Of a stretch of DNA of 58,985 nt, positions 36,077 to 48,772 are shown in pieces (the first letter of the stretch is position 1; the number at the start of each line of letters is the position of its first letter). This DNA comes from Chromera velia (Eukaryota), in assembly GCA_018398765.1 (NCBI GenBank), contig JAHBMJ010000050.1, positions 1 through 58,985 on the forward strand. The letters run 5' to 3'. The position numbers and the translations under genes are program-made. The notes under the pieces were generated by a model that did not search any database, was not told the origin of the DNA, and was given only the letters and a program-made list of their open reading frames with translations.

Positions 36077-39000
36077 ATGCGTTCTTGTGTGACGGTAGCG
36101 GAAGTGGGGCAGGAGCACAAGTGCAAGACGGTGGTCTTGGAGGGCAAGGGTGAGAAGGCGCTTGAGTTTGTTGCGTTCTCGAAGACTCTTCACAGCAAGC
36201 TGAACGTGAAGAAGAAGGGACACCTGTTCCTCCGAGTGGACAAAAAGGAAGAGACGGTGCTGCCTCTGACTGTGGAGAATTTCCGTGAAGCATGCCAGAG
36301 ATTTGGTTTCTTCGACGGCAAGACGATCCTGCTCTCCTCCCATTCGGAGTGGAAAGCCAGTGGGGTGGTGGTTTCTCTGGAGTCATTGCGGGGGGACACG
36401 GCGGGAGAGGGGGGAGGGGGAGACGGCGAAGGAGACGGGCGGGGTCCAGGCGGGGAAGTCAGAGTGATTGCGGTGAAGAGGTCAGTGTCAGCAATGCACC
36501 CCGTCTTTGTTTTTCTCTTCTCTGTGGAAGGCTGCGTTTTTCTATCCGGCTGTAGATCTGCGAGTCCACATTCTTTCCGTTCCTTCCGGCTGCTGCACTT
36601 TCTGCCTGTCAGTCGCATGTCGACGCATGCGGAGCCGTTCACTCATTCGCGCTTGTTTTTTCTAACCTGAGAGAGTTCGGACTGAACTGAGAAAAACTGG
36701 CAACTTCTTTGTCTGTCATGTCTTCTGGTTTCTTCTCCCCCCTTCAGTTCACGGTCCAGCTAAGTTTGTTCAAATTCATTTCCTTTACCATTCAACGAAC
36801 GTCTAAGTTCTCTCGGATGGTTGCCAAATCGAATCGAATCGAACGGAATGAAATGGGATGGAGTGGAATGCAGTGAGGTGGAGCCAGAGGCCCTCAAGCA
36901 GCTGGAGAGAACGGCGCAACTCCCGGGGTGCAGGTGGGTGGGCTCTTTGAACTAACTGCATGCAGGCAGGCGGGCAGGCAGGCAGGCTGCTGGGCTTTCA
37001 GTTTGTTTTTCTAGTGTAATTCTCGACAGATCCCGCTGGAGGCGCTTCTAGAGTGAAGTTTTTGCGTGATGCACGTTTTTCAAGGCGCAAAGAAGACGAA
37101 ACAACGCCTTCCAGCTCTCTCTGTGGTTGCTTCACTTGCCGTCTTTCTTTCCTTTCTTTGTTCTCTTTCTTACTCACCGACCTTCTCATTTCCACCTGAA
37201 AGCCTGGTTGTGCGAGTGAGTGTCTGCAGGTATGCCGTCGGAATGCCGGACCTCCATCCGGGGAAGGGCTTTCCCATAGGTGCCTCCGTTCTCTGCAGCG
37301 GCGTTGTGTATCCCTTCCTTGTGGGGGGGGACATCGGGTGTGGGATGTCGATGGTGGATACGGGGAGGTCTGTGTCGAGGCAGTTCCGGTCCGAGAAAGG
37401 TCTGGAGAGATTTGGGAGGAGACTGCAGGAATCGTTCGAGGACTGGCAGGGCTTTCCTCTCGAGGCGTTGGAGGAAGAACTGCAGAAACAAAAGGGGGGG
37501 GAAGAGGAAGAAGACGGGTATTGGGGAGAGGTGGGCGGAGGGGTCTGTACGTCTGGAGGGGCAGAGAGTGGAGAGAGGAGAGGAGAGATGAGTGCTTATG
37601 ACGGCGCACAAATCAATTTGGAGAAGCGTCTTGAGTGGCCGTCTGTTGTCCCTCCAGTCCTCGAGCTCTCTTTTTCCTCTCCCCTCTGCTGCCCCGAGGG
37701 AGAAGGGGAAAAGGAGCAGCCTGAGCAGGAAAGCATGAAGCAACAGACGGAAGAAGAGAAGAGGCAAGAGGCTTCGGGTGTACATGGCGAGAAGCAAAAT
37801 CACTTGGCAGAAACAGAGACGGCCCAGCCAAAACCGATTCACCTGAGGCAGTTTGACTCTTCTTTGGGTTCTGTAGGAGGAGGGAACCACTTTGCGGAAC
37901 TGCAGGCGGTTGAAGAGGTGGGGTTGGCCCTCGTGCTTTGTTTGGGTCCATACTTTTTGTTGTTCTTCGTTTGTCTGCATGTGTGCCTGAACGGCTGCTT
38001 TTTCGTCTCCCTGACTTCAACGTAATCTGATTGACTGTGCTGCTCTACGCTTGACGCATTTGCCGGCATTCGTTTGTCCTAACTTTGACTTCTTTGTTTG
38101 GCTTCTGCGTGCTTTTATGAAGGTTCGAGATGCTGCGTGTTTCTCCTCGCTGGGTCTCTCCGAAGACCGGCTCCTTTTGTTGGTGCACAGCGGCTCCAGA
38201 GGGCTGGGGGCGGCCGTGTTGGACGCGCACATGACGAAAAATGGGACGAGGGGGGCGACCGAGGGCGGGGAGGACTTTGTGAACTACATGAAGGCTCATG
38301 ACGCTGCATGCGCATGGGCAGTGAGAAATCGTCAACTGATCGCTAGACGGTGTGTGTACGGTTTTTGCATGTTTTGCGTTATGCAGCTTTTTGTTGTATG
38401 ATTTTGCTTCTGCGTTCCCGTTAGCTCGATCACTATTTTAGTTGCGTTTCGGTTTCTGTGTAGTTGGTGTGGCATAGCAGCATGACCTTGCACGGTCTTG
38501 AAATGCCCCGGCAAAATCACGCTCGGCCAATGAACTCTGAGTTTTTCTTTCTGACGTCGTCTTTTTTCCTGTATGTAAATGTTTCTCCAAACATGTGCAC
38601 GCATGCACACGTATATGCATATTTATGTGATGTCCCTCTGACATTTTCTTTCGTTTTCAATGTCATCTTCTTGCAAGGCAGGCAGGCGGTACCGTGCCTG
38701 ACATATGTCCCTGTTACACACAATGAACGTAACGCGAAGGTCAAAGACAGACATGCGTCTAGCTTCTTCTCTTTCCGGATATCCAATGCCCTCTCTTTGG
38801 CTTTTCTGCCTTCAACTAATCGATCGTCCGATCTGTCGATTCCCGTCGGACTGTGTTCATCCTGACTGGCTGTCTGAAAACACGCACGCAGGTTTTTCGC
38901 TTGTGCGGGTCTGGACTTCCGAAAGGCCAGGTGCGTGTTCGACATCGTACACAATAACGTCTGCCGAATCTCTGATAATCCTTCTGGGTCTCACGGAGAA

Positions 39001-40351
39001 GCGGCGGGGGAGAGTCACCATGAAGATGCAGAGAAATGTCCTCAGAAGAGCGAGACAGAAACAGCGACTGATGACCCTGTCCCCTTTTCCTCCTCTTCCG
39101 CCTCTTCGTCCACGAGCCGGTCAGGGAAGAAGGAGGAGCAGGAAGAGAAGAAGAGCCTCTTCCTCCACAGGAAAGGAGCTGCACCTGCCGTAATGGGAAA
39201 TCCGATCGTCATCCCAGGCAGCAGGGGCGCTTTCTCTTTCCTGGTAATGCCCTCAGACGACTCTGAGGCGCTCCAGAGGTCCGTCTGTCTGTCCCCGAAA
39301 AAACCATATGGGCTCAATAGGGCCTTTTCTAGAACTCTGCTGACCGTGGTTGCACGCAGCTTGTTCGTTCCAGCCGTGCCCCGATGGCCTCCTCAAGATG
39401 CGATGATATTTTTTCTCTCGTCATCCTTCAAACGCTGTCTTGCGTCACTCAGGCTGAGCACGCCATGTGTTTCGCTGTGAGCGCCGAAAAGTAAACAAAC
39501 ACGCGAGCAAGCAAAAGGGAGAGTAGACAGACAGAAGAAATAGTTTCGTTCTGTTCCGTCTCTGGGAACGTACTCACATGAATGAGTACGTGCATGTCTT
39601 TCTGTTCATGCATGCATGCCTGCAGGTGCGGAATGTCTGTTGCTCACGGGGCGGGTCGGAAAATGGACAGGGGGAGTGCCTTGGAGAAGGTGAAGCACCG
39701 AGTGAAGGGGGACCTGGAGAGCCTCTACAAGACAACGCTTGGGTCTCGGGTCGTGTGCGGCAACAAGAGTCTCCTCTACGAGGAGGCTCCTGAGGCCTAC
39801 AAGGTGAGCTAGCGGCAGACGGGAGGGACGAGTGGCTAAATAACCAACTAACTGGTTGGTTGCGTCTTAATTCCGTGGAAGATGGAGGGGTGAGGATGAA
39901 CGAAACGAGAGATTGCGCTTGAGAAGATTCGAAGAGAGGGGTGAGGATTGAGAGGGAGCGGTGCGCAGACAGAGTGCGAAAACGAAGAGGAAAAAATGAA
40001 CATATTGACTCCGCAGGAAATGCTCCTTTTTCTATCTCTTGGCTGAGACCTTTTTCGCATATGTAGGCCAGCCTTACAATGCTACTTTCTGTCTGCCTTT
40101 CCTGACTACCTGGCCCTGCCTGGCCTTCTGGAAGGCATCTCGGCTTGATTGAGAACAAGAATTGGTCACGTTTTATGACCACCTATCATTTCAGTACTGT
40201 ATTTCTCCCTTCCTCGCTTCCAGCCTTCCTCAATCTCCTTCTTCTCTTTCATTTTTTCTTTGTTCCTTCCTTCCCTTCTTCCTCCAAAGAATTCACGTCT
40301 GTGTGTAAACATGAAGAGGTGTGAGTGTGTGTCTGTGTGTATGTGCGTATA

Positions 40352-40393
<42 letters not shown>

Positions 40394-40772
40394 GGAGGGA
40401 GGGAGGGAGGGAGTGAGCGCTTCAGTGCATGTTGTACGTGTGTATGAGTGCGCGTGCTGTCTCTCTGTTTTCTTCTCCTTCCGAAAATTTTATCTTTCTT
40501 CCGCGTTCCTCTGCCTGTCTGTATCTGTCAAACAGTATAAGCTACTTTGTCGCAATAGTTTGACCAGACTGTGTGTACATAGGAGATTCTCACTCTCAGT
40601 GTGCGTGTGTGTACTCTCTCTCTCTCTCTCTCTATGTGTGTGTGTGTGTGTGTGTGTGTGCATGTTTGCTTGTGTACAGGAAATCGAGGCAATCGTAGAA
40701 GATTTGGAGGATGCAGGTGCAGTCCGCGTTGTGGCTGTCCTCCGTCCTCTCGTTACCTTCAAATGCTCCTGA
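36077..40772 (+). CDS. rtcB: RtcB-family RNA ligase, RtcB2 (PrfH-coupled) type, with an extra N-terminal domain (7 exons)
   Basis: Exons about 36077-36480, 36874-36933, 37230-37917, 38123-38349, 38892-39278, 39626-39803 and 40680-40772 join in frame. Motifs: GMPDLHPGKGFPIG, VGGDIGCGM, SLGSVGGGNHFAELQ, LVHSGSRGLG, HNNV, HRKGAAP, IPGSRG, AHGAGRK, EEAPEAYK, LRPLVTFK. Confidence 0.92.
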
Positions 40773-41021
40773 GCAGTCCACTTGAGGCTACTAGATGGTA
40801 AACAGCATGTAGCGAGATGCATCGATGCTCATATTTGCCAGCTTTCCGTGCAGCTGGCGAGCCGTAGCCATACGCTCATCGCTTCAGGCTGTCAGCCTAG
40901 CCTGAGAGTACCTGAATAGCTGAAAATCGTACGTGGTTGAAGACATCAACGGTCAACGTTGTTAAGTTTGTTGAACTTTGTTCGGGAACCGGAGCTGGGA
41001 CCGTACTAGGGACAGGGGCTC

Positions 41022-41052
<31 letters not shown>

Positions 41053-41687
41053 CGTAGGGCCGGCTCTATGCAAAAAATGTATCCTAGTTAAATTTAGTAT
41101 GGATTAAAGTGAAGTCCTATTGCAAAAAAATGAACTATATGAAGTTACTATGAACAGATGTTACAGATCACGAAAAATATAGTTTTAAATACTTAGCAAC
41201 CGTTGTTTGGAAATGTATGCATGCCAGTAAGAACGATACGTACATATGAATGAATGAATGAATGAATGCCTAAGAATGAATGCATGAATGTATATAATTT
41301 CATCATTAAATTTTTTTTTAGCAACATTACGCAACGACTGGCAATACATGACAACTCATGAACAACATTTGTTTTATTAATATAATCAGATCCAAATTAA
41401 ACTTTAATTTAAAGAAAGGAACATGCAGTCTAGAGGACAGGTTGCTTAGGAATCTAGTTGGTAATACGTTGGGCCCACTTAATAGTTTCAATTATTAGTT
41501 TGTGTAAATAAAATCAAATAGAAACAAAGCCTAGAACAAAACATGAACAACATTTAATAACTGCTGTTTGCAAAAGCATATATGGCAACCATTATTACGT
41601 ACGTATGTCTCTCGATCACAGAGTTACAGTATATTCAATTTTAGCATTCAAACAAATATTTAATTTAGCAACTTTTGAATGTTGCGC

Positions 41688-42549
41688 TAGTGACCAGATT
41701 TGATTTGATTTGATTTAATTTAAAGTAGGACTTCACCTCAAATCAAATCTTAGGCCTGAGAAACTTTAGCATGATAGGGCCTACCAAATCTGATCAAATC
41801 TACTTCAAATCTGACCCTTTAACCTCAAATCTTCGAGGTCAATCCGTCATCTAGTCTTTCAAATGAGTCTTCGCACTTTTTTGTGCACAAAAAAAAATAA
41901 ATGATCACCAAAAATTTTTTTTATCGGTTTCACATGAATATCTGGCATGAATATGAACGCCCAAAACTTGGGCCAAAAGCTTTTCCAAATGTCTGTTCAG
42001 TGAAAAAGAGGTCATCCAGTCTATTCTTTAGTCTATTCTCCAGATATTCAAGTTTTGATTGAGGGTTTCAAGTCGTTCTTTATTGTCCTGTGGCAGTTTT
42101 TACGCTTCTTTCTTTGCCAGGCTTGGGCCCTTCTTGGGTCACCCCTTATCAAACCAATCAACGATGTCAAACAATCCCACAGGTCATAACAACAAGAAGG
42201 CTAGCAAGAAGGCCGCATTAGTATACAGTGCCGGCTATGTGAAGAAAGTGTGGCCTGCAGAAAGAGGGAGTAATGTAATTATAAGCTCTTAACTTATATA
42301 AGCTCTTAGCTTTGACAATAGCTCATTAATTTTAAGAGTCTTAATGTAGCTTTTAGTCTAGTTTTTAGTGATTTTCTTGTGTCTAGGGCTTTCTAGGATT
42401 TGTTAGTGGTATCGACTGTATCATATCGTCTTCAGTGCTGTCAAGAGTGATCTCTAGACTTCAACCTCAAATATTTACCTCAAATCTGGTCAGATTTGAG
42501 CTTGAAGCTCAAATCAAATCAAATCCTATCAAATCAAATCTGGTCACTA
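41688..42549. mobile_element. Non-autonomous hAT-type DNA transposon, 862 bp
   Basis: Perfect 22-bp TIR TAGTGACCAGATTTGATTTGAT. Perfect 8-bp target duplication TGTTGCGC (41680-41687 and 42550-42557). Many subterminal CAAATC/GATTTG motifs. Confidence 0.92.
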
Positions 42550-43471
42550 TGTTGCGCAACCAACATATAATAACGCCTATAGAACAACACATAAATAACA
42601 GTATGTTGTTTTATAACACAATTGGACCCAAATTCACTAGCAAATTCAGTTGTAACCCGAAAACAGCTAGGGACAGGTCTAAGGACAGGTTCTTTAGTAA
42701 TACATTGGGACCATCTATAGAGGACCACTTAACAGTCACAGTAGTAAGTTAAGACTTTGTGTCATAAATTGTGTGTATAAAATTATAAACAAACAAAATA
42801 TGAATAACAGTTAACAAACTCGCACAAGTTGCTTAGTAGTAGAATAAAACTAAGATTCTAGAAATAAAATCAAAAAGTAAAGCTGGTCTAGTTACATATA
42901 TTTCCAACTAGTAGTAATTAATCATACTGTAGCCTAGAACGTAGCTTAATAAAACAATATGAGAAACTGTTCAGAAAACAGTTGGAAGCAGGCTGTAACA
43001 GTCTATACTAAACTTGAGTATAACTACTAAAAAGTAAGGCTGCAATTTTCGCGCTGCATTCTAGTCATGTCTTCTGACTTGAATTAAGAAATGTTTTTTA
43101 TAGTTTTCTATTAAGTTTTCCATAAGTTGGTCAACAAAAGCTTATAATTATTTCAGACTCGATCAGACCACTGAATTGTGACTGCAGAATCTTTCTTATG
43201 CAAGTACGAAAGCTACGAGATTCTTTGGTTCTTGGTCCCACATTTAGAGATGAAGCAAGAAACTTGAGCTGCACTCCGTAAAATTGGAGTTGGCAACTTG
43301 GCATTGTCAGTAGTACGTCACGGCCGTCAGTCCACCACTGGGTCCATGAAAGGAAAGAAATTCCCTGTCTTCCTTTTGAATCACGACAAAAACATCTGCA
43401 GACGTTTGAAGAGTCGCCGACTATTCGAAGTCACCTGTGCATGTGCACGGCCATGCAGCAGCTTCCCTAGA

Positions 43472-44019
43472 TCATTTCTTCTTGAAGAGGTCGCCCTCCT
43501 CGGCCGCGGAGGCCGAGTCGGCTGCAAGGAGGAGGCGACAAGAAGTTGCTGATGACGTCGGTCGGTCAGCGAAAAAAGAACAAGAGAAGAGAAGCAACGA
43601 GAGCACGCCCTAGGTCGTTCCGCGTGTCAGAAATTTTTTTTAGAGGGACTACAAGAAGACTGAAAAGCGCAACTCGTGAGGCAGCACACGGAAAGAAGAA
43701 GGACAAAATGACAGACGCGTGCACACACGCCCGCACAGATTCGTTCACAGAGACGGCAGGTTGCTTGCCGTCCTGCATGACCGTTTCTTTGACCAACTGA
43801 AAGACAGACTGTTTGGTTTCTTTCCCTCCACTTCTCCAGTCAGACAGACAGACTGACTGACTGACAGCTGCTGTCGGATGATTGGTCGTCTCCATCGTCG
43901 TCGGATGCCTCCGAGTCCCCTCCGTCCCTCCCCTCCAGCATCTCGGCTGACAGAACAGCCCCGCTCTGCATCCGTCCGTCCGCCCATCCATGCATGAATG
44001 CACACCCTCATCCACACAA

Positions 44020-44060
<41 letters not shown>

Positions 44061-44069
44061 TCATTCACA

Positions 44070-44100
<31 letters not shown>

Positions 44101-45496
44101 ACTCACTCACTCACTCACTCACTCACACACACACACACACACACACACACCCACCCCACACAATGTGATCTAAGCACGAGCAGGCACGAGCCCCAGCGTG
44201 ATGGGAAGGGAAGGGACGAAATGCAGATATCAAAAAGGAATGCGAGAGAAAACAGAGGCCAGTGTGTGCCAGAAAGACCTGCATGTGACGTCACCCTGTT
44301 GCCCTGCCCACTATCCCTCCCCTCATATGCACAGACCTGCGCGCCCAGTTGCTGTGCCTGTTTGTCCCTCTGTCTCTGCATTGCAACCGTCTCCTCCGTT
44401 GCCTGAACAAAAAAGGACGGAGCGTGAGGGCGACAAAGAAACAGACAGCGAGGCGACCTGTTGTTCAGAAACGGGCCGTGAGAGTACATGGATGACAGAG
44501 CTACAGCACGATCGCTCTTTTGTGTTTTTCTCTGACTCCTTTCATTTGCTTGCATAGAGACCCCAAAACGTTTCCTGTATTCCTCAAGGGATGTGTTTCG
44601 AACGAAAACCCAGAAAAGAGGCGATCCAGAGTCCGAAAAGAAAGGCATAGACAATCTCGCCAGATCATCATCCCAAAAAGGACCATTCATGCACTGAAGC
44701 AGTCATCACATGAAATGCACAACAAACCAAGCAAAGAACAAACAAACAAAGAGAGAGACAAACAGCCGGCTGATCCTCCAGTGAAGCCCCACTCCTACCT
44801 TGCTTCCTCCCCCAGTCGCACCCACAAAAACACGGCCCACCTTCCGGAGTTCTTTCGCCTCTTCTCCGGTTGTCAGTTTGACCTTTCGGTCCTCCTGCAG
44901 GTCATGAAGCGAAAGAAAACGAGTCGTGCTATCGGGCCGACTCAGTGTGTGGTTAGAAGCTTAAAAATGTGTCATTTCTCATTTTTTCAAAAAAGGACGG
45001 GTCTTTCAGAAAGAAAGGGGGAATTCTGCCAGCAATGCGCACATATTCGAGAAATGGAGGACAAGACGCAGGCAAGAAACGCTCAAGAAGAAACGAGGAC
45101 TGTAGTAAATCAATCAGTCATCCAACAAACTCCATTGCAGCCTTCATTCTGCACCTTGCTTGTCCATTTGACCAGAGAGGAAGGAAGCTATGCAGGCAGC
45201 CTCCCTGACTGACATACCTTCTTCGCAGTCTTCACGCCATACCTCGCTTGCTTGTCTGCAGAGAGGCTCAGGAGAAGCTTCGACGTGACGACTCCCTGAA
45301 GGACCCTCAAGTCTCTTCCTCCTTCCCCCCCGTCCTTGTTGTCCGTTTTCTCCGCAGCAGCAGCGGCAGATGAAGACGAGGAGCCGTCAGCTGCTCCCTG
45401 CAGATAGAAAGGAGAGGAGGGAGAGAGAAGAGATATGAAACACCAATCTCTGATTGCTGGAATAGTCCACGCACATACACACACGCACACACACAC

Positions 45497-45558
<62 letters not shown>

Positions 45559-46014
45559 GGCGGATGAGGCATTCTTTCTGGAACCTTTCCTCCTTTCACG
45601 CATCGTCCTATTTTTATTTTCCTTCCACTCTTCCTTCCGTGCGTCCGTGCTTCGTGATGGTCTGCCATATCTATGTGAAAAGCAACCGTGCTGCTTCATC
45701 TGTTTTCTCTCATGCAATAAATGTCCTCTTCTTGCCCTTCAGTTTTTGCGCTTGCCCCAGTTTCTTCATCTGAGCGTTCGCTACCCCCCTTTTCTCTCAC
45801 TCACCGTCTCCTCGCCCCCCGCCAGCGTTCCCCTCCCAACAACATCCCTGAAGATGAAGAGGCCGTTGTCGTCGTTGGCAGTGGCGACGTCGAACTCCAC
45901 ACCCCCAATGTAGCAAGACACAGAACCGTCAGACCACCTCAGCAAGTAGGAGTTTGACTCTGCTCTTTGCTGCATATACGCACGCATAGACAAACATGCT
46001 TACGCACATACAAA

Positions 46015-46048
<34 letters not shown>

Positions 46049-46575
46049 CAGACCTCTCATCCCGACTCCCGGGCTTCTTTTCGTTACTTCCTCTGGGCAG
46101 CCTACCTGGCCTCTGCGGAGTCTCTGGATGATCCTTCGAAGAGTCGGCAAGAGAACTGACAGACAGTCTTGCAGGCACCGTCAAGCAAATCGAACCTGTT
46201 CTCTCCTCTCTCATGCGATCTCACATTCGCGCAGAGGCAGCGAGCTCGCCGAAAGCACACACAGTAAGGCAAAAGCAAAAGGTCAGACGTGGACTGGTGA
46301 GGTTGCATTTTTGAAGAGAACATTTCGTGTGAGACTCCAAACTGACTTCCCTTCGCCTGTTTTCCTTTTGTCCGTCGATGCCGCCGTTTCCCCACGGCCT
46401 TGTCTGCCTTTTGTGAGATTTTTGTCTTGTCTTGTGTTGTGATTGGAAGAAACAAAGCCAGACCTACGCAAGCTCGCTGCAAAAAGAACTGACTCTGAGG
46501 AGGTTGTGGTTTCGAGGATCAATTTTCGGTGGTTCGGCATTCTGCTGGTCCTTTTGCTGCAGTGGCAGCCTCCAC

Positions 46576-46628
<53 letters not shown>

Positions 46629-48252
46629 CAGAGAGACAGAGAAAGAGAAAGAGAAAGTGAGAGAACACAAAACAACTGAGTGACCGGAAGATTGGGGGGG
46701 CTCTTTCTTTGCGTGTGAGAGAGTAGGCGGGAACAGACACAGGACATTGAGGAAGGAAGGCGGGGACAGATACGCAGGTGGGGCAAGGACAGAGAGAGGA
46801 AAAGGGCAAATGTGAGCAGACCCAGTCCTATCTTTTTGAGAAGTCCTCCGCTCCTCCCGGCCCGTGTGCAACGAATTCATGTTGCAAGAGGCTCACAGCA
46901 TGATCAAAGGAACAGACAGTCTCGAACCCCCAAAGACATTCACTCCGGCCGTGCATCGATCGATCATTATTGACGCTCCCTCCCTCCCACCGAGACAGAG
47001 AGAAACAAACGCACCTACCCACCTGATTTCGTGAACTCCCGGGTCGTGATCCTTCTGTTTCTGACTCTGCACTCACCCACCCACTCGAATTCTTTCATTT
47101 GGGTGGTTGTTCAATTATTCTTTCAAACAGGGGCACCGGGCCATTCACTCATGCAGCGAGTGAGCAAAATAATGCATGGTCAGGCGAAAGGAGGCACACG
47201 ACTCAACCCAAGAGGAAAGCACAGGGAGAGTGGATGGAAAGAAAGGCGGTACAGAGAGAAACATATACACAGACAGAGGAAAGAGACAAGTGAAGAGAGG
47301 GGGAGACGGCGACAAAAAGCGTGTAAGGAAAAGCGCAACGGAAATAGGGGCCAAAAAAGAAAGAAAGACAAGAGGAAGCAAAAAAGGAACACGCATCACC
47401 CAGACCCCTTCCTCCATGGATGCACCTTTCTAGCTGCCTGTCTACCTGCCTGGCTGACCTCCTTCTCCACAATGCGCCGTTTGAGGTCGCTGTTCGGTTC
47501 GAATGGGTGGGGGTCGAATTTGGTCTTGTGATGGAGACGCAGGAGAACAAGCTGCACTCAGGCAGGCATCAGCGCGTGCGTCAGTCAGCTGGCCTCTCTG
47601 ACCGATCGCTACGAAGCATGGACGAAAGTAGGGGGGGTTGTCCACAGCTTGTTTGTTCGCTTCGTCAGTTTGTTCATTAAGCTGTGTGCTAATCTAATCT
47701 GTGCGGCCATGCCGGGGTTTTTGTGCCGGAGGGGGAAGGGGAGAGTCGGAACACTTCTGAAAACCGAAAGAAAGACCACGCAAAAAGAAATATTCCTTCT
47801 TTTTTTCTGTCTCTATTCCCCTCTTGACTCGATCCCTTCAAATTCCCCCCGCCCCAGCCAGGCAGCCTACCTGCTTTGAGGCCAAAGCGTTCTTAGGAAT
47901 CTGAGGGGCGGCTTCTTTGCGGATCTTTTTCTTCTTGCGCTGCAGAAGACACAAACTAAAAGGTAACGCAGAGTGGAGGGAAACCTCTGTGGCAAGGAGA
48001 ACAAAGAGAAGCGGAGACAGACGGCAGAAGCGACGGGAGGGCGAAAGGAGTCCCAAGGGCGAATGAATGAGTCAACCCCTTCCCAAAAAACCCTTTGACC
48101 ATTGCGGCCTCAAACCAGCTGCGCCGTCTCAGTCTCTCCCAGTCTCTTACAGTCTCCCACTGCCTCAGACAGTCCCTCACAGTCTTTCTCAGTCTCTCTC
48201 AGTTTCTCACAGTCTCCCTCTCCCTTCCCGCCCCCCGTTCTCTCTCTGTCTC

Positions 48253-48295
<43 letters not shown>

Positions 48296-48429
48296 GTCTG
48301 TCTGTCTGTCTGTCTGTCTTTCTTTCTCTCTCTCTCTCTTTCTCTCTCTCTCTCACACACACACACACTCACTCACTCACTCACTCTCTCTGCATGTGTG
48401 TGTTTGCTTGTGTGCGTGCGTGTTTGTGC

Positions 48430-48494
<65 letters not shown>

Positions 48495-48733
48495 AGAGGA
48501 AGGGAGGGAGGGAGAGGGAGAGAGAGAGAGAGAGGTCTCTCTGTCTGTCTGTCTGTCTGTCTCTCTTTCTTTCTCTCTCTCTCTCTCACACACACACACA
48601 CTCACTCACTCACTCACTCACTCACTCACTCTCTCTCTCTGCATGTGTGTGTTTGCTTGTGTGCGTGCGTGTTTGTGCGTCTCTCTCTCTCTCTCTCTCT
48701 CTCCCTCTCTCCCTCTCCCTCCCTCCCTTCCTC

Positions 48734-48772
<39 letters not shown>

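Noticed and set aside
42059..42752. Short ORFs in the hAT element as transposase
   Set aside because: No recognisable transposase motifs.
43549..43578. CTGATGA...GAAA hammerhead-like core
   Set aside because: No convincing stem II or flanking stems.
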